Part shown: one piece after another, positions 1 to 10,500 of the stretch
Position numbering within the stretch: the stretch's first letter is position 1
How the letters are laid out: the number at the start of each line of letters is the position of its first letter
From: Lytechinus pictus
Lineage: Eukaryota
DNA length: 64,000 bases
Direction: 5' to 3'
Assembly: GCF_037042905.1 (NCBI RefSeq)
Contig: NC_087253.1
Coordinates: 24,366,001-24,430,000, forward strand
The notes under the pieces: generated by a model
Told to the model about the DNA's origin: nothing
Seen by the model: the letters and a program-made list of their open reading frames with translations, nothing else
Databases searched by the model: none
Program-made: the position numbers and the translations under genes

Positions 1-37
1 CGTGTGTTACCATGGTCTTGTGGCATTAGGCTGTCCT

Positions 38-2329
38 TTAATGGAATGGAGATGGTGGGGGTGGGGATCTGTGATCGGATCGGGGATTCCCCATCTCCTC
101 CGATCCCTGTCCATTTCCCTCCTTCTCGAAGGTGACAGCCCTCAGTTGTCTGTTCCGAGCAGGCGATCGCCCTCTGGGGCAGGCCCTACTGAAATGGCCT
201 TCTTCCCCACAGTTGAAACAGCCTGCGAAGTTTCGCTGCCGATCGGTTGTTGGAAGGCCCGAAGATGGTCTTCTGCCTCCTTCTGACCGATCCGGCGTTC
301 TATTAGAGGTATACCTCGGCCTGTCTGATGTACCTGGAGCTCGGCCGGAGGTATATTTTGGTCTTTCAGGTGTGACAGGGGCACGGCCGGAGGAGTAACT
401 CGGCTGGCCTCTTGACACCGACAAAAGTTCTTTAGTACTCCGAGACAGATCCGTGATTGCAGCAACCATCGAATCCATCTTGGAGGCCCACATTGCATTC
501 TGAGCCTCCAGAGCACTGATTCTAGCCTCGAGGCTAGAATTTCCTTTGGTGGCAGCTTCCGGAGGAGACGACTCTGGTACCCTGAGGTCATTCTTATCTT
601 CTCCTACAGAGAGCTGCCTTACTTCGTTTCTCAGCCTAGGGCCATGCTTCTGCATGGTCTTCTGGGTAAACTGAAACCATTTGTACTTGGTCATGGCTTC
701 ATCTAGTGTCCCAGGCCGAGAAGTCAGGACATGATGCCCTGCATCTTTGTCTTGGGCACCTTGGCAGAACCTTGCCACTACAAGTTCTTGGACGAACTTG
801 TCAGGTAGGCCTACGAAGGCCTGACCTGCAAGGGTCATAAGCCTATCTGCCCACTTGATGATGTCTTCATCCGAGCGTTGAAAAGCCGATTGAAATTGCA
901 TCCGAGTAACTTCCGGCTCCTCCTGGAGAGCGAACCGCTTCTCCAACTTGGTAACCAAGTCAGAGAAGGCGATATTTGGATTGCTCTCCTGGATGAGGGC
1001 CATGAACTTACTGGCTTCGGCCTCCAACGCCAGACACAGCTGATATTTCTTGTCTGCATCAGACATGCCATGTCTTTCGCTGTAAAGTTGGAACTTTGAA
1101 TAGAAGGCCGCCCAACTTCCTTTGCCGTCAAACGAAATAGTCTTCGGCAAAGAGGTTGGTCTAGAAGGGGGCCTTCTGTCGTCATACTCCGGTACCACAG
1201 GTCTTGAGGCCGAAGTAAGTCTGGTGACGCGGGGCGGCTGATTTCTTGTTGGCAGCCCCAAGTATCCAGGACTTACTGATGGCCTTGTGGTGTTTCTATT
1301 TTCACTGTATACTGGGCCTCCATGTCCATCTCTGTGGGGTCCAGCGCCTTGATACACAGGGTTGCTACCCCCATGTTGCAAGTCACATGGTCCTTGGGGA
1401 GAGGTTTGCGGGGCCACAGTGTTAGGGTAGTGTGGCGGATATCTGCCTCCAGCCCATGGTGGGCAATATCCACCGTAGGCGGCAGCAGGGTTGCAGTATG
1501 GAGGAGCTGGTTGTCCAATTCCTCCGAATGGCATCATCTGCATCATCCTAAACATCACGCCATACATTTCATCATACTGTGCTTGCGTGAAGTTTGGAGC
1601 GGCCTGTGGAAAGCTATGTGGAGGTGTCTGGGTTGTTTGATTGAACATTGCTGGTCGGCCACCCTGAGTACCGGGAGCCTGACCATGCAAATCCACTTGG
1701 GCATGAGGACCAAATTGGAACTGGGGTCCTGGTGGGGTAGCTACCTGGGCACGAGGACCACATTGGAACTGGGGTCCTGGTGGGGTAACTTGGTGGGGAC
1801 CCTGTGGTGGGAACAGGCCATCGTTCCATCCTGAAAACCCAAATTGATTAGCCCAGAGGGACTTAGCCCTATCTTCTGGAGAGGCCGAAGGCTGCTGAGT
1901 AAAAGCGCCACCTGGCCTCCCCCCTGTGAAAAATAAGGGGGCCTCCCCGTCCTGTGTCTGAGAAGACTGGCCTACAGCACCCCGAGTGCTATGTGCACGG
2001 GTGTGCTGTGGCCAAGCCTCAAACGCCTGGCTCACGGGGGGCTCCTTTGATGGAATCATTGGAACGCTCGTAGAAGGCTCGTCTCCTTCAGAGCGCACTT
2101 CTCTGCGGTCCACATTATGAGCCGTTGTTGTTGGCTCATAGTCAAAGGCGTAAACTAATAGTTCCGCCTTCGGTATATGAGGTATCGACAAGAATGTATC
2201 CGGAGTAAGGTCGGCCGCCTCCCTCGCATGTAGAATGCGGTTGGCGGTGGCCATACCCACTCCGGGCAGACTCATCAATTCCTCAGACGAACACAAGTTG
2301 ATTTTGATTCTTGGTATGTTGCTCGCCAT
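38..2329 (-). CDS. gag: Gag polyprotein (763 aa from ATG 2329): N-terminal HhH domain, Pro/Gln-rich linker, retrotransposon capsid-like domain, coiled coil, CCHC zinc knuckle
   Basis: KINLCSSEELMSLPGVGMATANRILHAR matches the HhH pattern (LPGhG). LPKTISFDGKGSWAAF...RFCQG resembles Gypsy capsid. LEARISALEAQN is coiled-coil-like. CFNCGEEGHFSRAC is a CX2CX4HX4C knuckle. Confidence 0.88.
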   Translation of the reverse strand: MASNIPRIKINLCSSEELMSLPGVGMATANRILHAREAADLTPDTFLSIPHIPKAELLVYAFDYEPTTTAHNVDRREVRSEGDEPSTSVPMIPSKEPPVSQAFEAWPQHTRAHSTRGAVGQSSQTQDGEAPLFFTGGRPGGAFTQQPSASPEDRAKSLWANQFGFSGWNDGLFPPQGPHQVTPPGPQFQCGPRAQVATPPGPQFQFGPHAQVDLHGQAPGTQGGRPAMFNQTTQTPPHSFPQAAPNFTQAQYDEMYGVMFRMMQMMPFGGIGQPAPPYCNPAAAYGGYCPPWAGGRYPPHYPNTVAPQTSPQGPCDLQHGGSNPVYQGAGPHRDGHGGPVYSENRNTTRPSVSPGYLGLPTRNQPPRVTRLTSASRPVVPEYDDRRPPSRPTSLPKTISFDGKGSWAAFYSKFQLYSERHGMSDADKKYQLCLALEAEASKFMALIQESNPNIAFSDLVTKLEKRFALQEEPEVTRMQFQSAFQRSDEDIIKWADRLMTLAGQAFVGLPDKFVQELVVARFCQGAQDKDAGHHVLTSRPGTLDEAMTKYKWFQFTQKTMQKHGPRLRNEVRQLSVGEDKNDLRVPESSPPEAATKGNSSLEARISALEAQNAMWASKMDSMVAAITDLSRSTKELLSVSRGQPSYSSGRAPVTPERPKYTSGRAPGTSDRPRYTSNRTPDRSEGGRRPSSGLPTTDRQRNFAGCFNCGEEGHFSRACPRGRSPARNRQLRAVTFEKEGNGQGSEEMGNPRSDHRSPPPPSPFH
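48..119 (-). promoter_or_regulatory. Putative -1 programmed ribosomal frameshift signal (gag-pol)
   Basis: Heptamer G_GGA_AAT in gag phase at 119-113, then a 6-nt spacer, then GGATCGG/CCGATCC and GGAGATGG/CCATCTCC complementary pairs. The -1 frame (GKWTGIGGDGESPIRSQ...DHGNT) has no stop to the window edge. Confidence 0.7.
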
Positions 2330-2809
2330 CTTGATGTAGAAATTAATCAGTAACAAAAATTAAATTCCAAAATTGAACTGTAATTAACCAAAAATTATCC
2401 TGCAGACTACTTTGTCTTGCGGATAAAATCAAAATAAATCTGGGACAAAATTCACTTTTTGAAAAAAAATTGAAAGAGAATTAACAGAACTAACCTCACA
2501 ATATCCTGAGAATGTAATCAAATTAAAATCCAGAGGCTACCTTGCCTAAAAAATAAAATTCCTGTATGATTTAATTCTTAGGAAAGAAAAGAAAAAATGC
2601 AAACAATCGAACGCTCACTTGTTCAAAGAAAGATATGAAAAATATATAGAAATAATTTCAAATAAATAAATTCTTATTATTTATTTATTTTTTTTTCCGT
2701 TTTTTGAACAAAAGTTAATATTTACAAGTACAATTTATCTAAATATATACAAAATTTATTTAATTATACAATTTATAATTAATTGATTGAATATGAATTT
2801 AATACAAAT

Positions 2810-3118
2810 GTCAGCAGCAGCAACAATTCAATTACACAACGGCAGCAGCAATAAAACAACAAAATATTTAATACAGCAGCAGCAGCAACAATACAACAGC
2901 ACAGCAACAGCAGCAAAATATTCAATACAGCAGCAGCAGCAACAACAAAATAATTAATACAAGACTGAATTTCCTTATCTCCTGAGACGTGACCAAAAAT
3001 AATAAATTCCTAATAATTAACAGCAGCAGCAGCAGCAGCAAATTTCTGGTGTTTTCTCCAAAAAACACCCAGAAATATAATTACAAAAAAATACTAACAG
3101 CAGCAGCAGCAGCGCGGC
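2810..3118. repeat. Interrupted (CAG)n/(CTG)n tracts in the retroelement 5' UTR
   Basis: Several cagcagcagca runs separated by AT-rich spacers. Confidence 0.8.
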
Positions 3119-3649
3119 GGTCAAAGGAGAAAAGCAAATTCAGGCTTGTAATAAAATAATCAACTCACAACATCAATAATATTCCGCAATCCATTCACAC
3201 CACATCAGTAAACACAGTCAAACGCATTCAAAATTTCATCAAAGTTAATCACACTCGGTGGCCACAAAAATATATCCTAACAAGGGAAGATTTAAATATA
3301 TGGTCAACAAAATGAGTGGATATTTACCCTAAATAGTACAACGTATAATGTTTTGTCCAAAAAAATCCGATTAGCTCCTGTCTAGCTAGCCGCTGAATTC
3401 CTTCAAGGCCAGCACGGCAGTGCCGATCGGTAAAAAAAATAGAGTATATTTACGGAACTAAAAATCAAACTTTTTCCACCAAAAAATAAAATCTCAAACT
3501 AAAATAATATGTTACTTTTTGTTTTATTTAATATTATGGACGAAACAGAGTCAAACAGCTCAAATTAATAAAAAGCCTAAAATTTTCAAGATGGCGGCGG
3601 CTTTTTTATATTCGGCCACGGCCAACGCAGATTCTGCAACGGCGTTGGC

Positions 3650-4030
3650 TGTGGCGAAGTAAAGAAAATGTTTTGCCGAAAATAAAATAAAAATCGCTTT
3701 AATCCTCGTCGCCAGTAAAGAGGTGGGCCGATAACATAAATAATAATACACTCGCTATACACATATAAACTTCACACCGGGAGAAAGCCTTACCTTATTC
3801 TTGTATTCTATCCAGGCACTCTTATATTATAACAGGTCCGCTACGACCGGGGGTTGGGTATGGAATGATGAATGGCGTGTGTAGTGTGTGTGCCGGGTAT
3901 GTGTGTTGTACAGCTGACTGGTCTTGTGTTTGTTCCTCCCGCCGATGGGTCATGTGATGTTGTGTGCTTAATTACGAGTACTACTAATCCCCTAACACCA
4001 TACTGGTTTAATTAAAGACAAGTCACCACA
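3650..4030 (-). repeat. Putative 5' LTR (internal boundary uncertain: 3650 or about 3715)
   Basis: Starts TGTGGTGA at 4030. TCGCCACA ending at 3650 is a 7/8 inverted match. TATA-like TATAATATAAGAG near 3831-3819. The second LTR is outside the window. Confidence 0.55.
3702..3714 (-). promoter_or_regulatory. Primer-binding site complementary to the tRNA-Ser(GCT) 3' end
   Basis: Minus strand TGGCGACGAGGAT, complementary to ...ATCCTCGTCGCCA-3', the metazoan tRNA-Ser(GCT) acceptor end as recalled. Confidence 0.75.
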
Positions 4031-4359
4031 CCAGTCCAGCATTTCATTTTTTTCTTTTTTTCCTGGAGTGTTAATTTTTCTTTTCTTTTTTTCTTTTCTT
4101 TTCATTTTTTTTCCTGCTCTTTGTTTTTTTCTTTCTTCATTTCTTTTTCTTTTGTTTTATTTCACTTTTTCTTTATTTTTTTTGTTTTCTATTTGTATAT
4201 ATTTTTTTAAAATATGTTTGTTTCCCCCTTTTTTATGAAAAAAAAAAAAAAAACTGGATTTGGGGAAAAGGAAAAGAAATAATATTGTTCTGTATCTGAG
4301 TTTGTTTGTTATGCATAATTTATATTTTTACCATTATGAGTGTACTATTAATTTATTCT

Positions 4360-4970
4360 CTTTTATATAACTCAAACGAAGATTCTTGCCATCTGATTGG
4401 TTGAAAGGTGTTCAATATTTGGTCCATTCTTTACTGCGTGCATTTTGTAATTTTCCATTGCACGGTGACCATGCATTTTTTATTTTTCCAATGCACGGTA
4501 CGCGCGCTAGCGCTTCCTCAGTATAATCATGTGTATGTCTACTTACCTTTTTGTGTATGTGTGTGTTTGCGCGCATGAAGTTAGCGCTAAAAACTGACTG
4601 TGCGCTCGACTCAGATCCATGAAGCAATGCGCGTCACAAACATGAAAGCAAAGCCAAAGGGCTGATGAGCTGTCGATACATGGTGTAATCCACCGACTAG
4701 CAATTATCAGAGAAAAGGAGTTGCGGGAAATAGGCCAACCTAATTTTTATCTTTTTTATTCCTTTTTTACATTTTTAAAAACTTTGTAACTTATATGAGT
4801 TATATAAAACAAATAATGAATGTAAATATTTGTGCAATGGAAAGAATATTTACATTCGATGAAAGATTAAAAGTTCCATTCAACTCGGCTAACGCCTCGT
4901 TGAATGGAACGTTACATCTTTCATCTCATGAAAATATTCTTCCCATTGCACGCATACACATTCAATGTTT
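4360..4970. mobile_element. Non-autonomous element with a short inverted repeat and a long terminal hairpin (class uncertain)
   Basis: ttttatataactca (about 4361) inverts with tgagttatataaaa (about 4796). An imperfect palindrome of about 150 bp spans 4814-4966, centred on gttccattcaac...gttgaatggaac. Confidence 0.5.
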
Positions 4971-5684
4971 TTCTTTATATTTTTTTCGGGCCACCAAACT
5001 TTAATATCGGGCCACCAAAAAATAACATATGACGATTTTGGTGGCCCGAATGGGCCACCACCAAAAAAAATTAATGTGGAGCCTTGACTAATTAGACAAA
5101 AAATTTTGGCAATAGAAGAAAGCTCCGTACTTCGTCAACGAGAATAAAATCAGCACTTAAATGACACTAATTGAGGGATATTCATGATACTGGGGGATTT
5201 GACTTCACATTGTGTAGTAGATGTCTATTTTGTACTATTTTCATCAAGATCTGAAAGTGAAAAAAATCAGACAGATTGATGAAGTGGTTTGTAAGGTAAA
5301 AATAATCTTGCGGTCTCCTAGACATCTGGCACTGGCAGCCGTCTGTTTCAAGGAGTTTTTAAACATTTTTTTTTTTTTTTTTTTTCTCCTGGTACAGAGA
5401 CGGCTCGCGATTGTGCAGCCGCCATTAGGGGGTTTGCAATGCAAAAAACACTCGGCAGGGATCTTTGAATTTTTAGCTAATAAAAAACATTTAGATAAAA
5501 TTACTGCACCAATAGTAGTAGTAATATTCTGTTTTGGTCTGAAGTGCACCAAAATGGGGGAAAAAATAAACTCACGGTAAAAGGAAAAAAAACATTGACT
5601 TACTTTGGCTGTCGCGCAACTCCAGTTCTATGAATTCCCTAGTATAATACACAAACATACAGCCGTTGGAAAAACTTCTGGGTC

Positions 5685-5860
5685 GAAACCATTGGCCAAT
5701 CAGATCATCCCTTCTATATCGGGTTGGATGGCTTGTTGATCGTACGCAAGCGACAAACGTTCAACTCACGGAAATATCCGGGCACTGTAAGTGACGTAAG
5801 GGTCAAGGGGTGGAGTCTGTCGTCACTTTCATTAATATTCAGAACCAAGATGGCAGCTTA
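5685..5860 (+). promoter_or_regulatory. Probable promoter/TSS region of the SR-protein gene
   Basis: ATTGGCCAAT at 5691-5700, CRE-like TGACGTAA at 5792-5799, GC-box-like GGGGTGGAG and YY1-like CAAGATGGC at 5846-5854 cluster in a locally CpG-richer stretch. Confidence 0.45.
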
Positions 5861-5969
5861 CAGATTCCAACGAACGATTGGAATCTCATGAAGAAATTAA
5901 TCATAAACCAGTTTTAAGGCGGGAAAATAGGGTAAAAATTAGTCCAAAGGTATATCATGGCGCTCTTAA

Positions 5970-6466
5970 AGGGGAAGTTCACCCTGAAGAAAACTTTGTT
6001 GTAAAAATAGCAGAAAAAATAATAAAAAATATTGGTGAAGGTTTGAGGAAAATCCGTTAAAGAGTAAGAAAGTTATTAGAGTTCAAAGTTTTGGATTTGT
6101 GACGTCATAAACGAGCAGCTGCCTCATGTGTTGTGTAATATAAAATGCATGAATTTCAAAATGTGTATGGTTCCTGATGACTTAATTTTGTTTTCTATTC
6201 ATGATCGGGTGTGAAATGATTTGTCTATTGATATACAAAAGGTACAGTGAAAACTATTTTCAATTTTCTGAGAAAATGATATTTCATTGATTTTTTACCA
6301 TTCGCTATGTAGGAATGCTGCTCGCATATGACGTCACAAATCAAATAATTGAAATTCTAATAACTTTTTAATTATTTTATGAATTTTTTTCAAACCTTCG
6401 GCAATATTTTTTATTATTTTTTCTGCTATTTTTACAATAAACTTTTTGTCAGGGTGAACTTCCCCT
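5970..6466. mobile_element. Kolobok/T2-type MITE
   Basis: TTAA|AGGGGAAGTTCACCCTGA ... TCAGGGTGAACTTCCCCT|TTAA: perfect TIRs with a TTAA target duplication. Confidence 0.85.
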
Positions 6467-6703
6467 TTAATAGGTTATGTACTTTGGTATTAAAATAATA
6501 ATGAGATTAACATTGTTTTTTCAGGGTTTAAAAAAAATACTTTTATGCCATTGAGTCCCTGTACTGAACAAGTTAGAACTTCAGTCTCTGTACTTGGTGA
6601 GTGGAGCCAACAGAGTTCAGCGGAACAACCAATATAACAGATACCCAAGCTTTTGGTCTAGCGATCTCCGTAATATTAATAAATGTGATTTCCCTAATAT
6701 AAA

Positions 6704-7301
6704 AGGGGAATCCAACCCAAATAAAAAAATGTTTTTATAAGGAAAAGAAAATTCAGACAAGCAGATAGGTGAAAGTTTGAACAATATTGGACAAACAACA
6801 AGAAAGTTATGAATTTTTAAAAGTTGTAAATATTGGTAATCACTGTACCCATGGAGACTTCAAATTGGCTGCATATGGGATGTCATAGTGATGTAAGACA
6901 AGGACTACTCTTCCATGTACTCCAATTCATTTTATGGCGAAAATGTGATTTTTTCCCCAAAAGTTTTATTTCAAATTAATATTTTTCTTTCATGAGGACA
7001 TAAAACAATATACTACCTGGGTTATATTTAGATTACTGCCCCAGGGGAATGGGTACTTAGGAGAAAACCACTAATCCCTGATAATAAAGTACATGGCCTA
7101 TGGGAAAGTTGTCCTTGCCCCTTGTCATAATTTACTTATCCAGTTGCCAATTTGAAATCTACATAGTATTAGTGATCTCAATTTTAAAGCAGCTATAACT
7201 TTCTTATTGCTTGTCCGATTTCTTTCAAACTTTCACCATTCTGTTTAATTTATTTTTCTCCTTCCCAACACAACATTTAATGGCCAAGGCTGGATTCCCC
7301 T
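6704..7301. mobile_element. Kolobok/T2-type MITE (same family as 58818-59411, inverted)
   Basis: AGGGGAATCCA...TGGATTCCCCT|TTAA. The interior is a near-identical reverse complement of 58818-59411. Confidence 0.85.
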
Positions 7302-7527
7302 TTAATAAATGTGATTTCTACGGCACCGAATCCATTTTATGCTCAAGGAGCAAAGGTGAAAATAGAGAAACAAACAGTTCAAATTTATATGCAGAGTTAA
7401 ATACAAGAAATTCTTCAGTGTTACTTTAAATAATTTGTTTTAACTTCCCTCTTTTCCGAAGTTTTCAGTGGCAGAATAGGAGCAGATCTCCAGCTACCAT
7501 CTGTAGAAGCAGCGACATAACACTAGC

Positions 7528-10500
7528 ATGGCGTCCCATTACAGAGACAAGGGTCCCCTTGATTGCAAGGTCTATGTCGGTGACCTGGGGAGCTCGGCTG
7601 CAAAGCACGAGATTGAAGAGGCCTTTGGGAAGTACGGCCATATCACCAATGTCTGGATCGCCAGGAACCCGCCTGGTTTCGCTTTCGTGGAGTTTCTTGA
7701 TGACAGGGATGCAAATGACGCTGCAAAGTGCATGGATGGAAAGTAAGTTCAATGATTTACAAATGTGTGTGTTTCATATTAGGTGCGTGCACCCTATACA
7801 GCTGACATCTGTCTGTTCGGAGGAGTCTTTAAACTATTTTACTTTTTAGGTTTCCATGGAGGAGGTGTTGTGAAGCAAGACTTGGTCAGTGGAACAACCA
7901 AGGAAACAGAGACTGAAGATATCAGTCTAGTTGCGCCCCTATCTTGACATGACTCCTTCCTGATCATCTTGAGAGATTGATCTACCACGGTGTAAATGAC
8001 TGGTTTATTTTCAATTGGTCTAATGCCAAGTTATAGACCAATTACCATCTCGTCTACTATCATTTGGTCTACCATCAGTTCGTCCACTATCCACATGATC
8101 TACATGTAATTAGCATTCTCTCCACTCTCCATTTCGTCTTATAACCAGTTGGTCCAATTGGCATTTAGTCAAATACCATTTGGTCTAATTCGACTAAGTA
8201 TTAATTGGAGAAATGAATGAAAATGATATGGGCAAGAGACTAACTGATTATGAGACGAAATGGTCATTGAAAAACTGGTGATTAGACAAAGTGATGATTT
8301 ATCCAAAAGGTTATTGGACCGAATGGTGTTGTTGGATGAAGTGTTGATGGACGAAATGGAATTGAAATAAATGAAGAAAGACAATATGATGAGTGGACGA
8401 ATTGGCAATAGATGAATTGACAATTCACCCATGCACTCAACACCATGCATTTTGCATTTATCACTAATTTTCTCTTTCCATTACCAACCTCATTCAAATA
8501 AGTACATGTACTATGACACAGTTCTCATACTTCAGTTTAATAAACTGGTTTACTAGAAACCGGTTCAGGAAACCAGTTTGGAAGATCACTTTTCTAGCGT
8601 TCCCATTCAATCACCAGAAAGTGGTTTTAAAAACCACTTCATGTAAAGTGGTCTTATTGCTATGGAAACACTCTCAGCGGAGTGACATGTTTTGCGCGAA
8701 ATTTGAAACCGCAGCGTAGGCATTCCACATACAGTGTGTGGAGCGGCGCGATTAAAATGTGCGAAGAATGGTTGTGTCCTCACTTACGCTAAAACCATTT
8801 TAACGAGGCAAAGAGATCTTCAAAACTACATCGCGAGGTGGTTTTCTGAACCGGTTTGGTTGATCACTTTCAAGACCGCTTTGACCGTTCTTACTACAAG
8901 TTAAAGGAGAATGAAACCAGCTGAATCCATATCAAAGAGAAAAATCAAAGAAACATATTGTTGAAAGTTTGAGGAAGATTGAATGAATAATAAGAAAGTT
9001 ATGAGCATTTGAATATTGAGATCACTAATGCCATGTAGTTCCTCCCATTGGCAATGCGACCAAGATCAGTGATGTCACACACGTACAACTCCCTCATTAC
9101 TTTAGTACTTATTTCACTTATATTCTCACTTTTATAGAGTCTATCACAAGGTGAGGTGTTCTCTTTATGAGAGGACAAGTACAGAGGTTTCACAACATTA
9201 TATCATTGATGAATCGTTTGTCATATGATTAGAACGAGCAAAAAGAGATGTTTTGGGGTATATTTTCAGTGTCCAAAAGGGGAGAGTTGTTCATCTGTGA
9301 CATCATAGATCTTGGTCGCATTGCCAATTGGAGGATCTCCATAGCATTAGTGATCTCGACATTCAAATGCTCATAACTCCTCTATTGCTAGTCCTATTCT
9401 ACTCAAACTTTTGTTGATCTTATTCTCTGATTTTTCTGCTTTGACAAAAGCTAACTTGCTCCAAGAGTTTCATTCTCCTTTAAACTAGTTTCCAGTAAAC
9501 TTCTTTTAGGATGGTAGTGAGAATGGTGTCAATGTTCCTGGAATCTTACTAGTCTCCTTTGCAAACCCTTATAATCTGGAGTTACATTTACATGTACAGT
9601 GGTGTTTAAAAGTTAGTGAACCCCACTCAGAAAATGCACTCCTTCATGCTGTGTGTTCGAAGTAGACAACAACGCTACGTACAGTGTTTGGCGAGCCCAG
9701 AGAAACAAACTATATTGAATGTAATATTTTATCACCTGACTTCATAATTAAAGATGGCATTATTGGAACACATTTTGAATACTGTATGTTTATTTTCTGG
9801 TGGGGTTCACTAACATTTTAGCACCACTGTACATGTAAAGTGGTCTGAATGGGCAGGCTAAAATGACTTGTGCCCCAAAACATTACGTTTTATATAGCGT
9901 GTCTACTAGTGTAAAGATCAATTGTGTTATCAAATTTCAATCTTGGCATTGACTGGTCAGTTAAATATCTATTTATTATATTGTGAAGAAAAATTGTTGA
10001 CCTACATGTACAAGACAGATGAGCCTTCATGGTAACAAACACCAAGCAGGGAAAAAAATTGCACCGGGGCTCGATGAGCTATATGAACCGGAGCCCCGAA
10101 ATGCTCAAAAGACTAAGAGCCCTGGAAATTTTGTTTAAAAGGCCAGAAAATGTTGATTCTTTGCAATGTGACAACCTATCCAGTGTAGCATGTTAAGGCA
10201 CTAGGTTGCAAAAATTAGCCCCTGAAAATATATGTACATATTTTTTCCTGCATTGGCGTTGCATGTACATATACTGTATACACAAATTGTATGTTACAAT
10301 TAGTGTATGCCTCACTAAAATCTTTTATTAAAGGAAACCAAAACTTAAGAAGAGAAGCAATCTTATTGGAAAGAGTAAAATGAGAGGAACAATTTAAAAC
10401 AAGTTTCATCAAAATCGGTTATGAAATGAGCAAGTTATGGACGTTTAAAAGTCTTGTACTTTTAATGGGGATCCTCAAATTGGCAAACGTGCCTCAAAAT

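Larger units (their letters stand above)
1..4030 (-). mobile_element. Ty3/Gypsy-like LTR retrotransposon, 5' portion (5' LTR, long 5' UTR, gag, start of pol); continues past the left edge
   Basis: Intact gag ORF with capsid-like region and CCHC knuckle. PBS at 3702-3714. Minus-strand TGTGG start at 4030. Slippery site at the gag end with the -1 frame open to base 1. Confidence 0.85.

Noticed and set aside
38-2329. Domesticated Arc/PNMA-like host gene
   Set aside because: The PBS, LTR-like segment and frameshift signal indicate a retrotransposon.
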